Shown piece by piece: positions 19,860 through 30,514 of a DNA stretch of 64,000 bases. The translations under genes were made by a program, and so were the position numbers. The stretch's first letter is position 1. Each line of letters opens with the position of its first letter. The notes beneath the pieces are model-generated. The model saw nothing but the letters and a program-made list of their open reading frames with translations. It did no database searches and was not told the DNA's origin. Source of the stretch: a virus (Duplodnaviria; Caudoviricetes); IMG/VR virus record IMGVR_UViG_3300029288_000072, positions 64,001 through 128,000 of that record; one strand, 5' to 3'.

Positions 19860-20440
19860 ATATGTATATTATATGTTTAGCCGGTCCTGGCGGGGTTGGA
19901 AAATCAACAACCGCAAAAGCATTAGTTAAATCATTTAATAAGTTATTCCCTGAGCTAAAAATAGAAAATATGGCATTTGCTGATCCAATATACGAATTAG
20001 CTAGTAACTTATTAGGTATTCCAGTTGAATTGTTAAAATCTCAAGAGTATAAAGAAGTTGTATGGACTAAAGAAACAAGTCCTATGCCAAGTTTAATTGG
20101 ATGGACCCCGAGGAAATTTTTACAAATCGTTGGTACAGAAGGGTTTAGAAACAATGTTGCAAATGATTTTTGGGTCGAAGTAACTATTAGAAAAGCACAA
20201 ATAAAAAATTTAGATTTTGTAGTAATGGAAGATGCTAGATTTAGTAATGAATATGATAAATCGTCATTAACAATTGAATTAAAAAGAGATAATATACAAT
20301 ATAAATGTAATCATGCATCTGCTATGCCACCAGATCCTAAATACATATCATTTATTTTAGAATTGATAAAAGATATAAACTATGATACAATAGTACTTAA
20401 GATAGTCAAAACATTAGAGGATATAAAATGTGGGATGTAA
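19856..20440 (+). CDS. deoxynucleoside monophosphate kinase (T4 gp1-like)
   Basis: GPGGVGKST, AFADP, TPRKFLQIVGTE, DARFSNE, HAS. Confidence 0.9.
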   Translation: MNMYIICLAGPGGVGKSTTAKALVKSFNKLFPELKIENMAFADPIYELASNLLGIPVELLKSQEYKEVVWTKETSPMPSLIGWTPRKFLQIVGTEGFRNNVANDFWVEVTIRKAQIKNLDFVVMEDARFSNEYDKSSLTIELKRDNIQYKCNHASAMPPDPKYISFILELIKDINYDTIVLKIVKTLEDIKCGM

Positions 20441-20634
20441 TTAAAACTAAAATAAGATGTAAAAAATGCGGAGAAATATTAATGCCAGAAAATAACACAG
20501 AATGGTTGGAATGTGCTTGTGGTGCAGTAAAAGTATTAGGAAAAGGAACTTTTAAAGTTATTAATGCAAAAAAAGAAGATTATGAAGATTTGACAATATC
20601 AAATTTCAATTCCGTCCCACCCCATAAAGTTTAA
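20428..20634 (+). CDS. small zinc-binding phage protein
   Basis: KIRCKKCGE...CACGAV. Confidence 0.75.
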   Translation: MWDVIKTKIRCKKCGEILMPENNTEWLECACGAVKVLGKGTFKVINAKKEDYEDLTISNFNSVPPHKV

Positions 20635-20648
20635 AAAGGAAAAACTTA

Positions 20649-21359
20649 ATGTCTGAACAAATACAACTAAGTCCAGAACAACAAAAAGAATTAGAAAAAC
20701 AAATTAATAAAGAATTGGAGAATCAACAAAATAATCAAATACAATTAATGCCGCATCAAATATTAGAACAAGCTAATGCATTAGTATTAGATAAGGTTTT
20801 TTTAGTTGGAGAATTGACAGAAGAAGTAGCAGTAAATGTGTGCCGACAAATGCTTTTAATAAACGAAAGAAATCATTTAATGGGAATAGAAGAACCATTA
20901 CATATGATTATAAACTCTCCTGGTGGGGATTTAAATGCTGCATGGATGATATGCGATTTAATGGATACAATTGATTGTCCAATAATTACATATGGATTTG
21001 GGTCTGTTGCGAGTGCAGGATTAATTATATTTATGAATGGTAATTATGGGTTTAGATATGCAACAAAAAATACTCAGTTTATGAGTCATAGATTTTCTAT
21101 GATTACAGGTGGTAAACATTCTGATTTGATATCACATAAATCCGAAATTGACAGAATTCATAATAGAATAGTCGATCATTATACAAAATGTACAGCATTA
21201 ACTAAAACACAAATATATGATAATCTTTTAGCTGAACATGATATTTGGTTTAATGCTGCACATGCCAAAAAAATGAATATTGTAGATACTATTATGCCTA
21301 TTAAAAAACGTCATATTAAACAAAGAGATAAGAATGCAAAACGAAATAATAAAAAATGA
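20649..21359 (+). CDS. clpP: ClpP-family protease subunit
   Basis: INSPGG, ASAG (Ser), MSHR (His), HDIWF (Asp). Confidence 0.9.
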   Translation: MSEQIQLSPEQQKELEKQINKELENQQNNQIQLMPHQILEQANALVLDKVFLVGELTEEVAVNVCRQMLLINERNHLMGIEEPLHMIINSPGGDLNAAWMICDLMDTIDCPIITYGFGSVASAGLIIFMNGNYGFRYATKNTQFMSHRFSMITGGKHSDLISHKSEIDRIHNRIVDHYTKCTALTKTQIYDNLLAEHDIWFNAAHAKKMNIVDTIMPIKKRHIKQRDKNAKRNNKK

Positions 21360-22002
21360 AAAATCTGATATATTAACATTAATAGAAGAAAAAAATCTTT
21401 TAGATCCATCTACTCAACAACAATTAATGGAAGCAAAAGAATTTATCGCAGAAACATATACTGATGTTCCTATGTATAGACCATTGCCAGTAAAATTATT
21501 TGGTGTGCTAAATGATAAAGATTTTCCTACACCAGAACAAAAATACTGGCAATGTAAGGTTGAAGCAGAAGTTCATGCAAATGAATTAATAAGAGATTTG
21601 CATGATCTTGAATTACAAAAACTTGAAATAGAAAAAATAGAATTGTTAATAGAAAAAATAAAAACAAAAATTGATATGACAAGCACAGATTTAGATAGAA
21701 AATTAATAGAATTGGATATAAAAGAACAATTAATTTATATTTCAAGAAAACGATTTGAAATAAAGCAAACAGAAAAACGCATTAAACATAGAATTCTTGA
21801 AGTGGGTGAGTGGAAAAAAATATCAGATGGATTAAAAGAAAATAATAATATAAATTTACATGATTATATACAACATTATTCAGATAAAATAAAATATAAT
21901 TTAGAGAAAAAATTAACATCAGATAAAACATCTGATGTTGATAAAAATGGAATTAAAACCCAATTACAAATAATTGAAACCGTTTTAAATAAGTTTAATT
22001 AA
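21334..22002 (+). CDS. coiled-coil hypothetical protein (PT-x-x-x-KYWQC motif)
   Basis: 222-aa ORF, long helical region. Confidence 0.75.
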   Translation: MQNEIIKNEKSDILTLIEEKNLLDPSTQQQLMEAKEFIAETYTDVPMYRPLPVKLFGVLNDKDFPTPEQKYWQCKVEAEVHANELIRDLHDLELQKLEIEKIELLIEKIKTKIDMTSTDLDRKLIELDIKEQLIYISRKRFEIKQTEKRIKHRILEVGEWKKISDGLKENNNINLHDYIQHYSDKIKYNLEKKLTSDKTSDVDKNGIKTQLQIIETVLNKFN

Positions 22003-23354
22003 TCTGCTATACGTACAATTGTTACTGTATTATGTGCGGCTTCAGCAACATATTTGGTTGATGTATACGAACATCTAAAAGTTATATAATCTGTAGTTAA
22101 TAATTTTAAACATGCATCAACGGTTGCTATATATCCTGGATATGTCGATCTTATAGATTGTCCCCACTTAACTAAATTTCCATTTTTGTATATTCCAATA
22201 GAAAATCCATCATATGATTCATTTATTGCCACCGATGCATTAATAGAATATATACCACTTGACGGAGGATTAAATTTATTATTGCTTACCCATAATAAAT
22301 CATCATCTGATATTACTTGTTCATATTCAATATCTGTTGTATAACCAGATAATGATTGAGAAGAAATAGCGTTTACATGTGTAAAAATACCAGGACTTAC
22401 ATTTTTAACTATAGAATGCCAAACATTTGCTGTTCTACCATACAATAATAATGTTCCGTTTTTTGTCATATCTATAGACGAAACACCATCTAGTAAATCT
22501 GATCCACTAGCATTTACTGTTAAAGGACCACTTGAAGTATTTAAACGTATTCCTATTACATTCCCAATATTTTCACTTGCTAGTGGAATATTAAGAGTTC
22601 CTGCAGTTCCTAAAGTAAAATTGACATAATGATATCTATTCGGAGTTGCATTATATGTTGCTCCAACACCAGTTAATGAAATTGGAGAACTATTTGTTAT
22701 TTTTCCCCAAAACTCGGCTTCTGGTTCATTTTGTAAATCAATTATAGATGCACTCATATCAGATATATTTGTTTCTATAATATTTACATCTGATGAAATC
22801 GTAATTACTGATGTTTGTAAATCTTGAATTGAAATGTCTGTAATATCAGAAGAAATATGGTTATGACCAATATCAGTCTTATTATTTATTTGTGATTGTA
22901 AATTACTTGTTATATTTGCAACTTGGGTTTCTGTTATGACAACATTATTATTCATATAAATGTTGCTTGCTGATAAAGAAGCAACACCACTCATATTATT
23001 ATTAGAATCTATTGTTATTCCAGTTGATATAAGATTTCTTCCTGTACCACTTGATTTTAGCAATCTATTTGTTGTTCCAAATGGATTTGGTGCTGTTGTT
23101 AAAACTGATGTATCAGAAATTCCATGAACAGAAGATGTTGCGTCAGTATGGTCAACCATTGCTAATTGGACTGCACCATTAAAATCACTAACACTCTCAA
23201 TAAATGAGTTTATACTTGCTAATAACTCAGATAAAGTTATTCCTGATGGATTTAATAAGTCAGTAAATATTAAATTTCCGGCAGAATCGGATGATATAGC
23301 ACTTGTTATTCTATCAATTGTTATTGATGTTGCTTTGAAATTAAGATCTGCCAT
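21999..23354 (-). CDS. tail fibre-like protein with C-terminal C1q-like domain
   Basis: GHNH-x-x-SDITD fibre motif, coiled coil, FNPPSSGIYSINASV C1q-type signature. Confidence 0.75.
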   Translation of the reverse strand: MADLNFKATSITIDRITSAISSDSAGNLIFTDLLNPSGITLSELLASINSFIESVSDFNGAVQLAMVDHTDATSSVHGISDTSVLTTAPNPFGTTNRLLKSSGTGRNLISTGITIDSNNNMSGVASLSASNIYMNNNVVITETQVANITSNLQSQINNKTDIGHNHISSDITDISIQDLQTSVITISSDVNIIETNISDMSASIIDLQNEPEAEFWGKITNSSPISLTGVGATYNATPNRYHYVNFTLGTAGTLNIPLASENIGNVIGIRLNTSSGPLTVNASGSDLLDGVSSIDMTKNGTLLLYGRTANVWHSIVKNVSPGIFTHVNAISSQSLSGYTTDIEYEQVISDDDLLWVSNNKFNPPSSGIYSINASVAINESYDGFSIGIYKNGNLVKWGQSIRSTYPGYIATVDACLKLLTTDYITFRCSYTSTKYVAEAAHNTVTIVRIAD

Positions 23355-24709
23355 TATGCAACTCCTTCAGTCTTCAACTTCAATACCGACCAATCCACTG
23401 TTCCTGTAAACTTCTTTTCTGCTCGTATAGTAAATTCGGTTGATTTCTTGTTAGTGTACCATATATTTATATTTTTATTACATGAAATCGTGATTTGATA
23501 ATCTGCATCACTAAATGCTGTTTCGAATTTGACTAAATATAAGTCATTGTTGGTAAAAGAGATAGATCCACTCTTTCTGCCTACATTATCTGTTCCACTA
23601 ACATTATATAAAATGACATCAATACTTGAATTTGTTATTGTTTCATCTGATATTGTATTAGGCAACCCAATTATTCTTCTCTCCAATCCTACATATTTTA
23701 CAACATCTATTGTTTCTAATACACAATTTCCCCCTGATGCATTTGCAGAATATGAAGGAACAGAGACCGAATCTGTTAATATTTCATCAACATAAAATTG
23801 TACTATTAATGTGTGGGCTGGTTCGTCTGTTAAAATATCTTGTTGATCTGTATTTGGACATTGACAATTTATTTGTTGTAATTCTTCTGATATAGGAGTT
23901 AATTGTCCAATTTGTGTTAATGTTATTTGTTGTTCTATACTATCACTAGAATCATTTGCAATTGCAACCCTATCTAATTCAATATCTGCTGTCAAATCAT
24001 ATAATCTAAATATTATAGGTGTCTCTGTTTTAATTAATCTTACATTTAATTTTGCAAGAATATGTGCAGACATATTTAAATCTACTGGAGGAATAACAAT
24101 TTGTAAATTTGGAATGTTATGCCATCTCCATTCGTTTGTGGCAGTTCTTCTAAATGTTCCGTCAGAGAAATCCCCATTTGCCTCAGATTCTAATAAATAT
24201 CTATCAATTGAGAAAACTTTTGTACCAGAAGACGCATTAATATAATTTCCATCAGTATCTTTTACAAAATATCTTCCTTCTTCTGTATCTATAGGATATG
24301 TAGGATCTCCTGTTATATCTATTTTTATATTGTTACATTCTGATGAATTTATTTGGGTTCTTCCTATCCAAAATATTCCTCCATTTGTTAATTTATTTTT
24401 CCATTCATTATAAGCACCAATTATTTCATTTAATGAATATGCTCTTGTTAGTGAAGAATCGTACAGATATAATTTTCCATCTTTAATATATACACCTTTC
24501 ATTCTATTAAGTAAATCTTGTAACTTTATAGAATCTATTGGATCTCCTAATATGTCAGTAAGAGTCCTTATATATTCATCTCTAAAGTGTAATTCTCCAT
24601 TTTCATCAAGAAATAATGCATTATCTATTTGAGAAACTTCTGATGCATCGGAATTTGGTATTCCAAGACTTATACCATCACATATAAAGGGAGTTAATTC
24701 TTCTGTCAT
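23354..24709 (-). CDS. virion structural protein, short paralog of 24719..29899
   Basis: Shares FWIGR, WHNIPNLQI and the C-terminal ~65-aa module with the neighbouring gene. Confidence 0.7.
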   Translation of the reverse strand: MTEELTPFICDGISLGIPNSDASEVSQIDNALFLDENGELHFRDEYIRTLTDILGDPIDSIKLQDLLNRMKGVYIKDGKLYLYDSSLTRAYSLNEIIGAYNEWKNKLTNGGIFWIGRTQINSSECNNIKIDITGDPTYPIDTEEGRYFVKDTDGNYINASSGTKVFSIDRYLLESEANGDFSDGTFRRTATNEWRWHNIPNLQIVIPPVDLNMSAHILAKLNVRLIKTETPIIFRLYDLTADIELDRVAIANDSSDSIEQQITLTQIGQLTPISEELQQINCQCPNTDQQDILTDEPAHTLIVQFYVDEILTDSVSVPSYSANASGGNCVLETIDVVKYVGLERRIIGLPNTISDETITNSSIDVILYNVSGTDNVGRKSGSISFTNNDLYLVKFETAFSDADYQITISCNKNINIWYTNKKSTEFTIRAEKKFTGTVDWSVLKLKTEGVA

Positions 24710-24718
24710 AATATATTC

Positions 24719-27700
24719 CTATTTATCAAATATATATCCATCTAAAGGGTCTAAATTGTTAATATCTTCTTCTGTTACAGTCATTTCCGCCGTTGCAATA
24801 TAATCTATTTTACCAGTCCACGAACTTAATTCCACTGTAAGAATAAATCCATTGATAGTCTTATTTTGCCACCATGTTTTAATATTATCATTTGGCATTA
24901 AAGAAATACTATAATTTGTTCCAATTTCTTCTGGCATTGGAGAATCAAATTTTACGGTTATCGTGTTTATATCAACAAAATCTACGGTTCCCATTCGTTC
25001 TACGACAATATTGGAACCTGCTTCAAATATTGTAGTACCAAATGTCGTTTTTACTCCACAAGGAACAATTATACCATTAGAATCTACATAATATGTCCAC
25101 AATCTTCTTCCAATATAATTTTTAGAATATGTATCTTCTGGCGGAATCTGTGCAAAATCCCAAATAAATATACGTTTGCTTGTAGGATGAGCATGCAATC
25201 CTATTTTATTTGAAGATGGATTTATTTCATGTCCACCAACAACAACTGCTCTATCTGGTGTGCCAAATGCCATTTGTCCAATATACCAAGATCCTATATT
25301 TCCCCATTCGTTGACTGATTTTCGTATTCCTTCTAAATCAACAATTGTAGAATAGTCTGGAACATCACCGCCTAACCCAACACCATCCATGAATCTCTTC
25401 CAAGGATTTTTAATATATGAAATTAAATTATTATTCCCTATTATACCTTCACTATTTGATGGTATAAAATCATCTACGGCATTAAATCTTTCATCAGATC
25501 TATATTCTTGTATAAAAGATGATGCCCATTCAGAATATCCATAATCTTGTGCGGAAATATCTATTGATTGACTTGTACTTGCAGTTACCGATTCGCAATA
25601 ACTATATAAATTTAATGCAGCAGATAAATCATCTACGAACATTGTATCATTTATGGCAGTAAATGTATGAGTTTGTTTTGTTGTTGTTCCTGCTATTAAA
25701 AATCTATTATTTACAATAGAAGAAATATCATTAATTTCTAGATTAATATTACTTACTTCAAATATATTTTGTCCTTCTGTAGAAGTAGATTCGGCCAATT
25801 TTGTAGAATAATCATATTCTATTCTAAAGAATCCGGATATTTCATCTACTAATCCTTTTACCCATAATGGATATCCCCAACGTTGATTGTTGTCATCATA
25901 ATAATTAAAATCAAATGTTATGAAATCCGAAAGAGTAAAATCGCAATTTTGAGAACCCCAAGTTTCTTCTATGTTTTCTACACCAATTAATGTAGTACTA
26001 TCAGTTATTATATTAAATGTTAACGTACAATTTCCTGTTATTGTTTCGTTAATTAAATCAGATGATTCTGTCGAATCTAATATTGTAAATGAATTGCTTA
26101 CAGCAGATATAGATTCATTATTTTTAATTGATTGCCAAATTTCTTCCATTGAGTTAAATGTTAAAATCCCATATCCGCGTAAATTGAAATTTGTATTAAT
26201 ATGTATTATCTCATAATAAATTAAAACTTGACCACCATTAATAACTCGTATATCTGTTAAATTAAAACTTATAGATCCACCATATGATGCGGTAGGATAC
26301 ATATCATAATCAAGTGATGTTAAATTTAAAACCAAATTACTTACAAAAATATTTCCTTGTATAGTTTTGGATGTTACAAGATTATTTTCTAAGACATACC
26401 CAATAGCTATAAATTGTGCTTCTGATGGAGAATAAGTTTTCTCAACAGATAATTTATTTGGAGCAGAAATTGTAAATGTATATCCACTAGTATCTTGTGA
26501 TGTAAATGACGTTGGATTTATAGGTCCAACGGTTGCCAAAATTATTTCTGGAAAATTGGGATCTGTTGCATATGCAAGAGTAGCCTCACCAGTTCTATAT
26601 CTTGGATCATTTGTTTTAGACCCTGTTATTGCTGATGTTTCCCATGTAGGAATATTCCAGCATTCAGAATTTTCTAATATTGGCAATTCTTCATATTCTG
26701 AACCAAATAATTCTGTAGTTTCTATAGAAGATGTTTTATTTTCTTGACAAGAAAATGCGGATACTGACATTGCCGAAACGTCTGCAGTCTCAATATTTAC
26801 ATTATAACTAAATGTATTTAGAGTATCATGCAATCCACCCCAGAATATTGCATTTTCTGATGTTCCTACTCCTGTATGGTAATACACAGATTCAAATAAA
26901 TTTTGTTTTCTTATCCATGTTACACCATTATATTCATATACAAGATCTAATACTCTATTGGATTCCAATTCATTTTCTAATATTGAATCCGTAGTGCATG
27001 AATTTTTTGCTATTAATCCATATTTTTCTCTTAAATTGCACTCTATATTTGAAATAGTGTTATATTCTGTTCTTCCACCAGTAGATATACCAGAATTGTT
27101 ATCTCCTACATAACACGCACCATGACAACGAACTGGATAATTCTTTGTTGGATCCAGTGTTCCATATGTTATTGCAATATCAGATTGAGTAGTATCTGCT
27201 TCTTCATCAAGAATACATGAACATTCTTGCGTTCCTAAATAATATAATCTTGCATTTACAAATCCGCCATTATTTTCAATGTTAGAATCTGATATATCTA
27301 ACATTTTTAATCTTAATGTAGAATTTGGAAGGCCAACACAGAATGTATATTCTTTTTGTGTTGGTCTTGCATTTATATAATTTTCAACATTTGTTTGGGA
27401 AGTCATTATCCCAGAATTAAATGTATTCGTAATTGTTTGTTCATTTAATAATACTTCTGTATTTGATCCATATGCATTTAAATCTGAATTGCATGCGCTA
27501 CATCCGGAAGTACCAGAATACACTACCTTAACGTTTACCGATCCACCATTATCATCAAATTTCCAGTCTGATACAGTTAATCTTAATTCTGATCCTTCTA
27601 TATCATTACAGAAAGTATATTCATTAGCAGTTCCACCAGAAATGTCTACTGTTGCAAAAATAGGATTTGCTATTACATTGTTGTTTAATAAAACCATTAA

Positions 27701-29899
27701 TGCAGTATTATCATATGGGGCCGAATTAAAATTTTCTGTCCATTGACCATTTATGTATGTTATAGTATATTTTCCACAATATGGAAGTGTTACCCGTTCA
27801 CCATATGCAATATTTGATCGTATAGACATTACTTCGGCAATTACTTCTCCATCTCTTGATGCAGAATCATTATAAATGTACGATCCTTCTGTAAATAATA
27901 GTCTATATTTTCCACATTGTTCAAGATTTAACGTAATTCCATCTTCTGAATTTCCAGGAATCATTATTACAGAATTAATAACATCTTCTACTTCACCAGA
28001 ATCTATACTATTTAATAATCCTTCTATACTTGAATCTGTTGCTGATGAAATTATATTTTGAGATACATCAACATATGTTGTATTTATTTTTTCAAATTTA
28101 TCAATAATATCATCTGATTCTGGAACATCTAATAAATAAACCTTTCCAGTAGTATTACCAGAATAAACAAATCCTTCTATATTTGAAACGTTATATCTTC
28201 TGAAATTTGATGGAACAGGAATATTATTTAGTGTATCATTTGATGCATCATTTACAAATTCTAATATTTTTTGTTCATCATTCGGTGTTATATTATATCC
28301 TTTAATTAGATCTTCTACTTCATATTTGTCTTGTCTAACTTCTGTTTTTACTTGTAACGAACCTGCTGCTTCTCCTCTTGCAACCGCCATAGAATAATCA
28401 GTAATTGTTTTAAAATATGATATTCCTAAATCATCATTTTTTGTTAATGATTCCATATCATCTCGTACAGCAGTTTTTCCAAATTTTGAGAATTGTGATA
28501 CATCAAGAGTATTCATTTCACTGAATCCACCAAGAATAACACAAGAAGATGATCCTTCTCCTCCTTGTAGATGGAAACATCTTGGAGAATTTAAATTAAT
28601 TGATACATCTTTTACGAAAGTATTATTTGACCATATTTCTGCATTACTTAATACACTCGTTACACTAGTTTCTGTTGTTTTTATACCACCAACTACTATA
28701 CCATTATCAATATTTCCGCTTGCAGAACCAAATGCTCTATCTTCGTTTAGTGCTCCTATTTTATGAGGATTTTCTGTTTCTGATGTATTAGCACTAATCC
28801 AATTTATAGGATCTATTGTTCCTAAAAATTCTATTTCATCTGATGAATAATCTGGTTTTATTGATATTTGTGCATCTATAGCATGCGATAATTTATTTTC
28901 TAAAGAATCTTCTGGTATATTATTAATTTCATTTTGTTTTAATATACATGAATCTTCTGTATATGTTCCAATTGGACCTAATGTAGTAATATTATTTGTA
29001 CTTGTTAATGTTCCTATCCAATGTGATATTATTGTATCAGAAAATAAACTTGAATTTTGTGTATTTTTCTTTTGAGATGAATCTAATACTAAACTAGATG
29101 TGTTATCTTTAATTCGTACTGCAAGTTGGCTATTTAAGCCATGATAATTACCAAAATGTTGTGGGTCAAATATATAATTTATGTTTAATAATATTTCTGC
29201 AATTTTTAATTTTTCAAATGGTTTTGTTGATATTCTTAAATGTGGTATGGATAACCACCCACCATTTCTAAATTCATCAGATGTTAAAAATCCTGAATAT
29301 TGTGATGGATTTGAAACGTATTTTTTATATTCATCATTAATATATTTATCAGGAGACCAAAATTTTATAAAATCAGTTGCTTCTATATTTTCTGTACTAT
29401 TATTAGGAATTATTACATTTGAATATTGAGAATCGTTATTTTGAAAATCTACTTTAACCCTTCCTACCCACCAAACATTTCCAAATTTGTTTAATTTATT
29501 AAAAACTAAAAACGAGTCTAAATTTGATAAAAAATCTTCTAAATTAGTTTCTTCGACTTCTATATCTTGTAACGACAATTTTTCTTGAAAATCATCCCAT
29601 TTTACATTTGATTCTGGATATGTCCATAAATCTCTCAAAAATACTTCATTTAATCTATCAGGTTCCCCTGCAACTAAAAATGTATTAGAAGACCATGAAT
29701 CTCTAAATGTCATAACAGTACCAGATGTTGGTAATGTTACTGTTTCTCCTCCTGCACTTAATCTTTCGGTGGTAGAATGGGCGATATTAGAATATGTAGG
29801 AACGAAAATCTGGCATTCGTCTTTTTTTATTGTAAAACGAACGCCAGAATATGCTTTATAAAACTCGCCCCAATTTATCCCTTGATCGTCTAATGACAT
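24719..29899 (-). CDS. large virion protein with Kelch-like blades and lectin-like inserts
   Basis: Dispersed G-x(5-7)-hhGG blade motifs, two DN-G-G lectin-like domains, C-terminal shared module. Confidence 0.75.
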   Translation of the reverse strand: MSLDDQGINWGEFYKAYSGVRFTIKKDECQIFVPTYSNIAHSTTERLSAGGETVTLPTSGTVMTFRDSWSSNTFLVAGEPDRLNEVFLRDLWTYPESNVKWDDFQEKLSLQDIEVEETNLEDFLSNLDSFLVFNKLNKFGNVWWVGRVKVDFQNNDSQYSNVIIPNNSTENIEATDFIKFWSPDKYINDEYKKYVSNPSQYSGFLTSDEFRNGGWLSIPHLRISTKPFEKLKIAEILLNINYIFDPQHFGNYHGLNSQLAVRIKDNTSSLVLDSSQKKNTQNSSLFSDTIISHWIGTLTSTNNITTLGPIGTYTEDSCILKQNEINNIPEDSLENKLSHAIDAQISIKPDYSSDEIEFLGTIDPINWISANTSETENPHKIGALNEDRAFGSASGNIDNGIVVGGIKTTETSVTSVLSNAEIWSNNTFVKDVSINLNSPRCFHLQGGEGSSSCVILGGFSEMNTLDVSQFSKFGKTAVRDDMESLTKNDDLGISYFKTITDYSMAVARGEAAGSLQVKTEVRQDKYEVEDLIKGYNITPNDEQKILEFVNDASNDTLNNIPVPSNFRRYNVSNIEGFVYSGNTTGKVYLLDVPESDDIIDKFEKINTTYVDVSQNIISSATDSSIEGLLNSIDSGEVEDVINSVIMIPGNSEDGITLNLEQCGKYRLLFTEGSYIYNDSASRDGEVIAEVMSIRSNIAYGERVTLPYCGKYTITYINGQWTENFNSAPYDNTALMVLLNNNVIANPIFATVDISGGTANEYTFCNDIEGSELRLTVSDWKFDDNGGSVNVKVVYSGTSGCSACNSDLNAYGSNTEVLLNEQTITNTFNSGIMTSQTNVENYINARPTQKEYTFCVGLPNSTLRLKMLDISDSNIENNGGFVNARLYYLGTQECSCILDEEADTTQSDIAITYGTLDPTKNYPVRCHGACYVGDNNSGISTGGRTEYNTISNIECNLREKYGLIAKNSCTTDSILENELESNRVLDLVYEYNGVTWIRKQNLFESVYYHTGVGTSENAIFWGGLHDTLNTFSYNVNIETADVSAMSVSAFSCQENKTSSIETTELFGSEYEELPILENSECWNIPTWETSAITGSKTNDPRYRTGEATLAYATDPNFPEIILATVGPINPTSFTSQDTSGYTFTISAPNKLSVEKTYSPSEAQFIAIGYVLENNLVTSKTIQGNIFVSNLVLNLTSLDYDMYPTASYGGSISFNLTDIRVINGGQVLIYYEIIHINTNFNLRGYGILTFNSMEEIWQSIKNNESISAVSNSFTILDSTESSDLINETITGNCTLTFNIITDSTTLIGVENIEETWGSQNCDFTLSDFITFDFNYYDDNNQRWGYPLWVKGLVDEISGFFRIEYDYSTKLAESTSTEGQNIFEVSNINLEINDISSIVNNRFLIAGTTTKQTHTFTAINDTMFVDDLSAALNLYSYCESVTASTSQSIDISAQDYGYSEWASSFIQEYRSDERFNAVDDFIPSNSEGIIGNNNLISYIKNPWKRFMDGVGLGGDVPDYSTIVDLEGIRKSVNEWGNIGSWYIGQMAFGTPDRAVVVGGHEINPSSNKIGLHAHPTSKRIFIWDFAQIPPEDTYSKNYIGRRLWTYYVDSNGIIVPCGVKTTFGTTIFEAGSNIVVERMGTVDFVDINTITVKFDSPMPEEIGTNYSISLMPNDNIKTWWQNKTINGFILTVELSSWTGKIDYIATAEMTVTEEDINNLDPLDGYIFDK

Positions 29900-29911
29900 T
29901 TACCTTCCTAA

Positions 29912-30475
29912 TTATTCCTTTGGTGTAGCAGAATCGGGAGTTATTTTTTCTTTCAATAATTTTTCAACTAATTCTCTACCACGTTGTTCTATTTTAGCTT
30001 TTAATACTTCATTAGTTGATGCTTTTTCTAAAGCAAATCTTATAGTTTCTGCCATTTTATTTTCTGATGTAGGCTTTGCTGCTTGAACTTTTGCCCAATT
30101 TTCTGTCCAATTAATTCCTTTAACAAGAAGTCCTTCTGTCATCTGTTCAACTGCTTCTGGTGCATCTACACCATATTTCTTTTCAAGTTTCTTTATAACA
30201 ATTTTTACAATTACTACAACTAATGCACCAAATATAGGAATTAAAATTGCAAGTAAACTTAATAATAATCCCTGCCATGCACTCGTTGTCGGTACTGCTG
30301 GTTGAGTTTGTGCCTGTCCAGATACAGTTAAGTCTGTTTTAATATCAGATGATTCTACAGCATTATCAATAACAATTGTTTCTGTTACTGCTGGTAGAAT
30401 TGTATCTTCTGCATAAGACATTTGTCCAAATAGACTTAGGTTTAGTGCCATTAGGCCGATCAATATGTATTTCAT
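29912..30475 (-). CDS. membrane protein, possible LL-H-type holin
   Basis: Signal-like N-terminus, long TM helix, basic helical tail (GINWTENWAK...ENKMAETI). Confidence 0.45.
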   Translation of the reverse strand: MKYILIGLMALNLSLFGQMSYAEDTILPAVTETIVIDNAVESSDIKTDLTVSGQAQTQPAVPTTSAWQGLLLSLLAILIPIFGALVVVIVKIVIKKLEKKYGVDAPEAVEQMTEGLLVKGINWTENWAKVQAAKPTSENKMAETIRFALEKASTNEVLKAKIEQRGRELVEKLLKEKITPDSATPKE

Positions 30476-30514
30476 AATATTCTCCTTATTTTAATTATAT
30501 TATATCATAACAGT

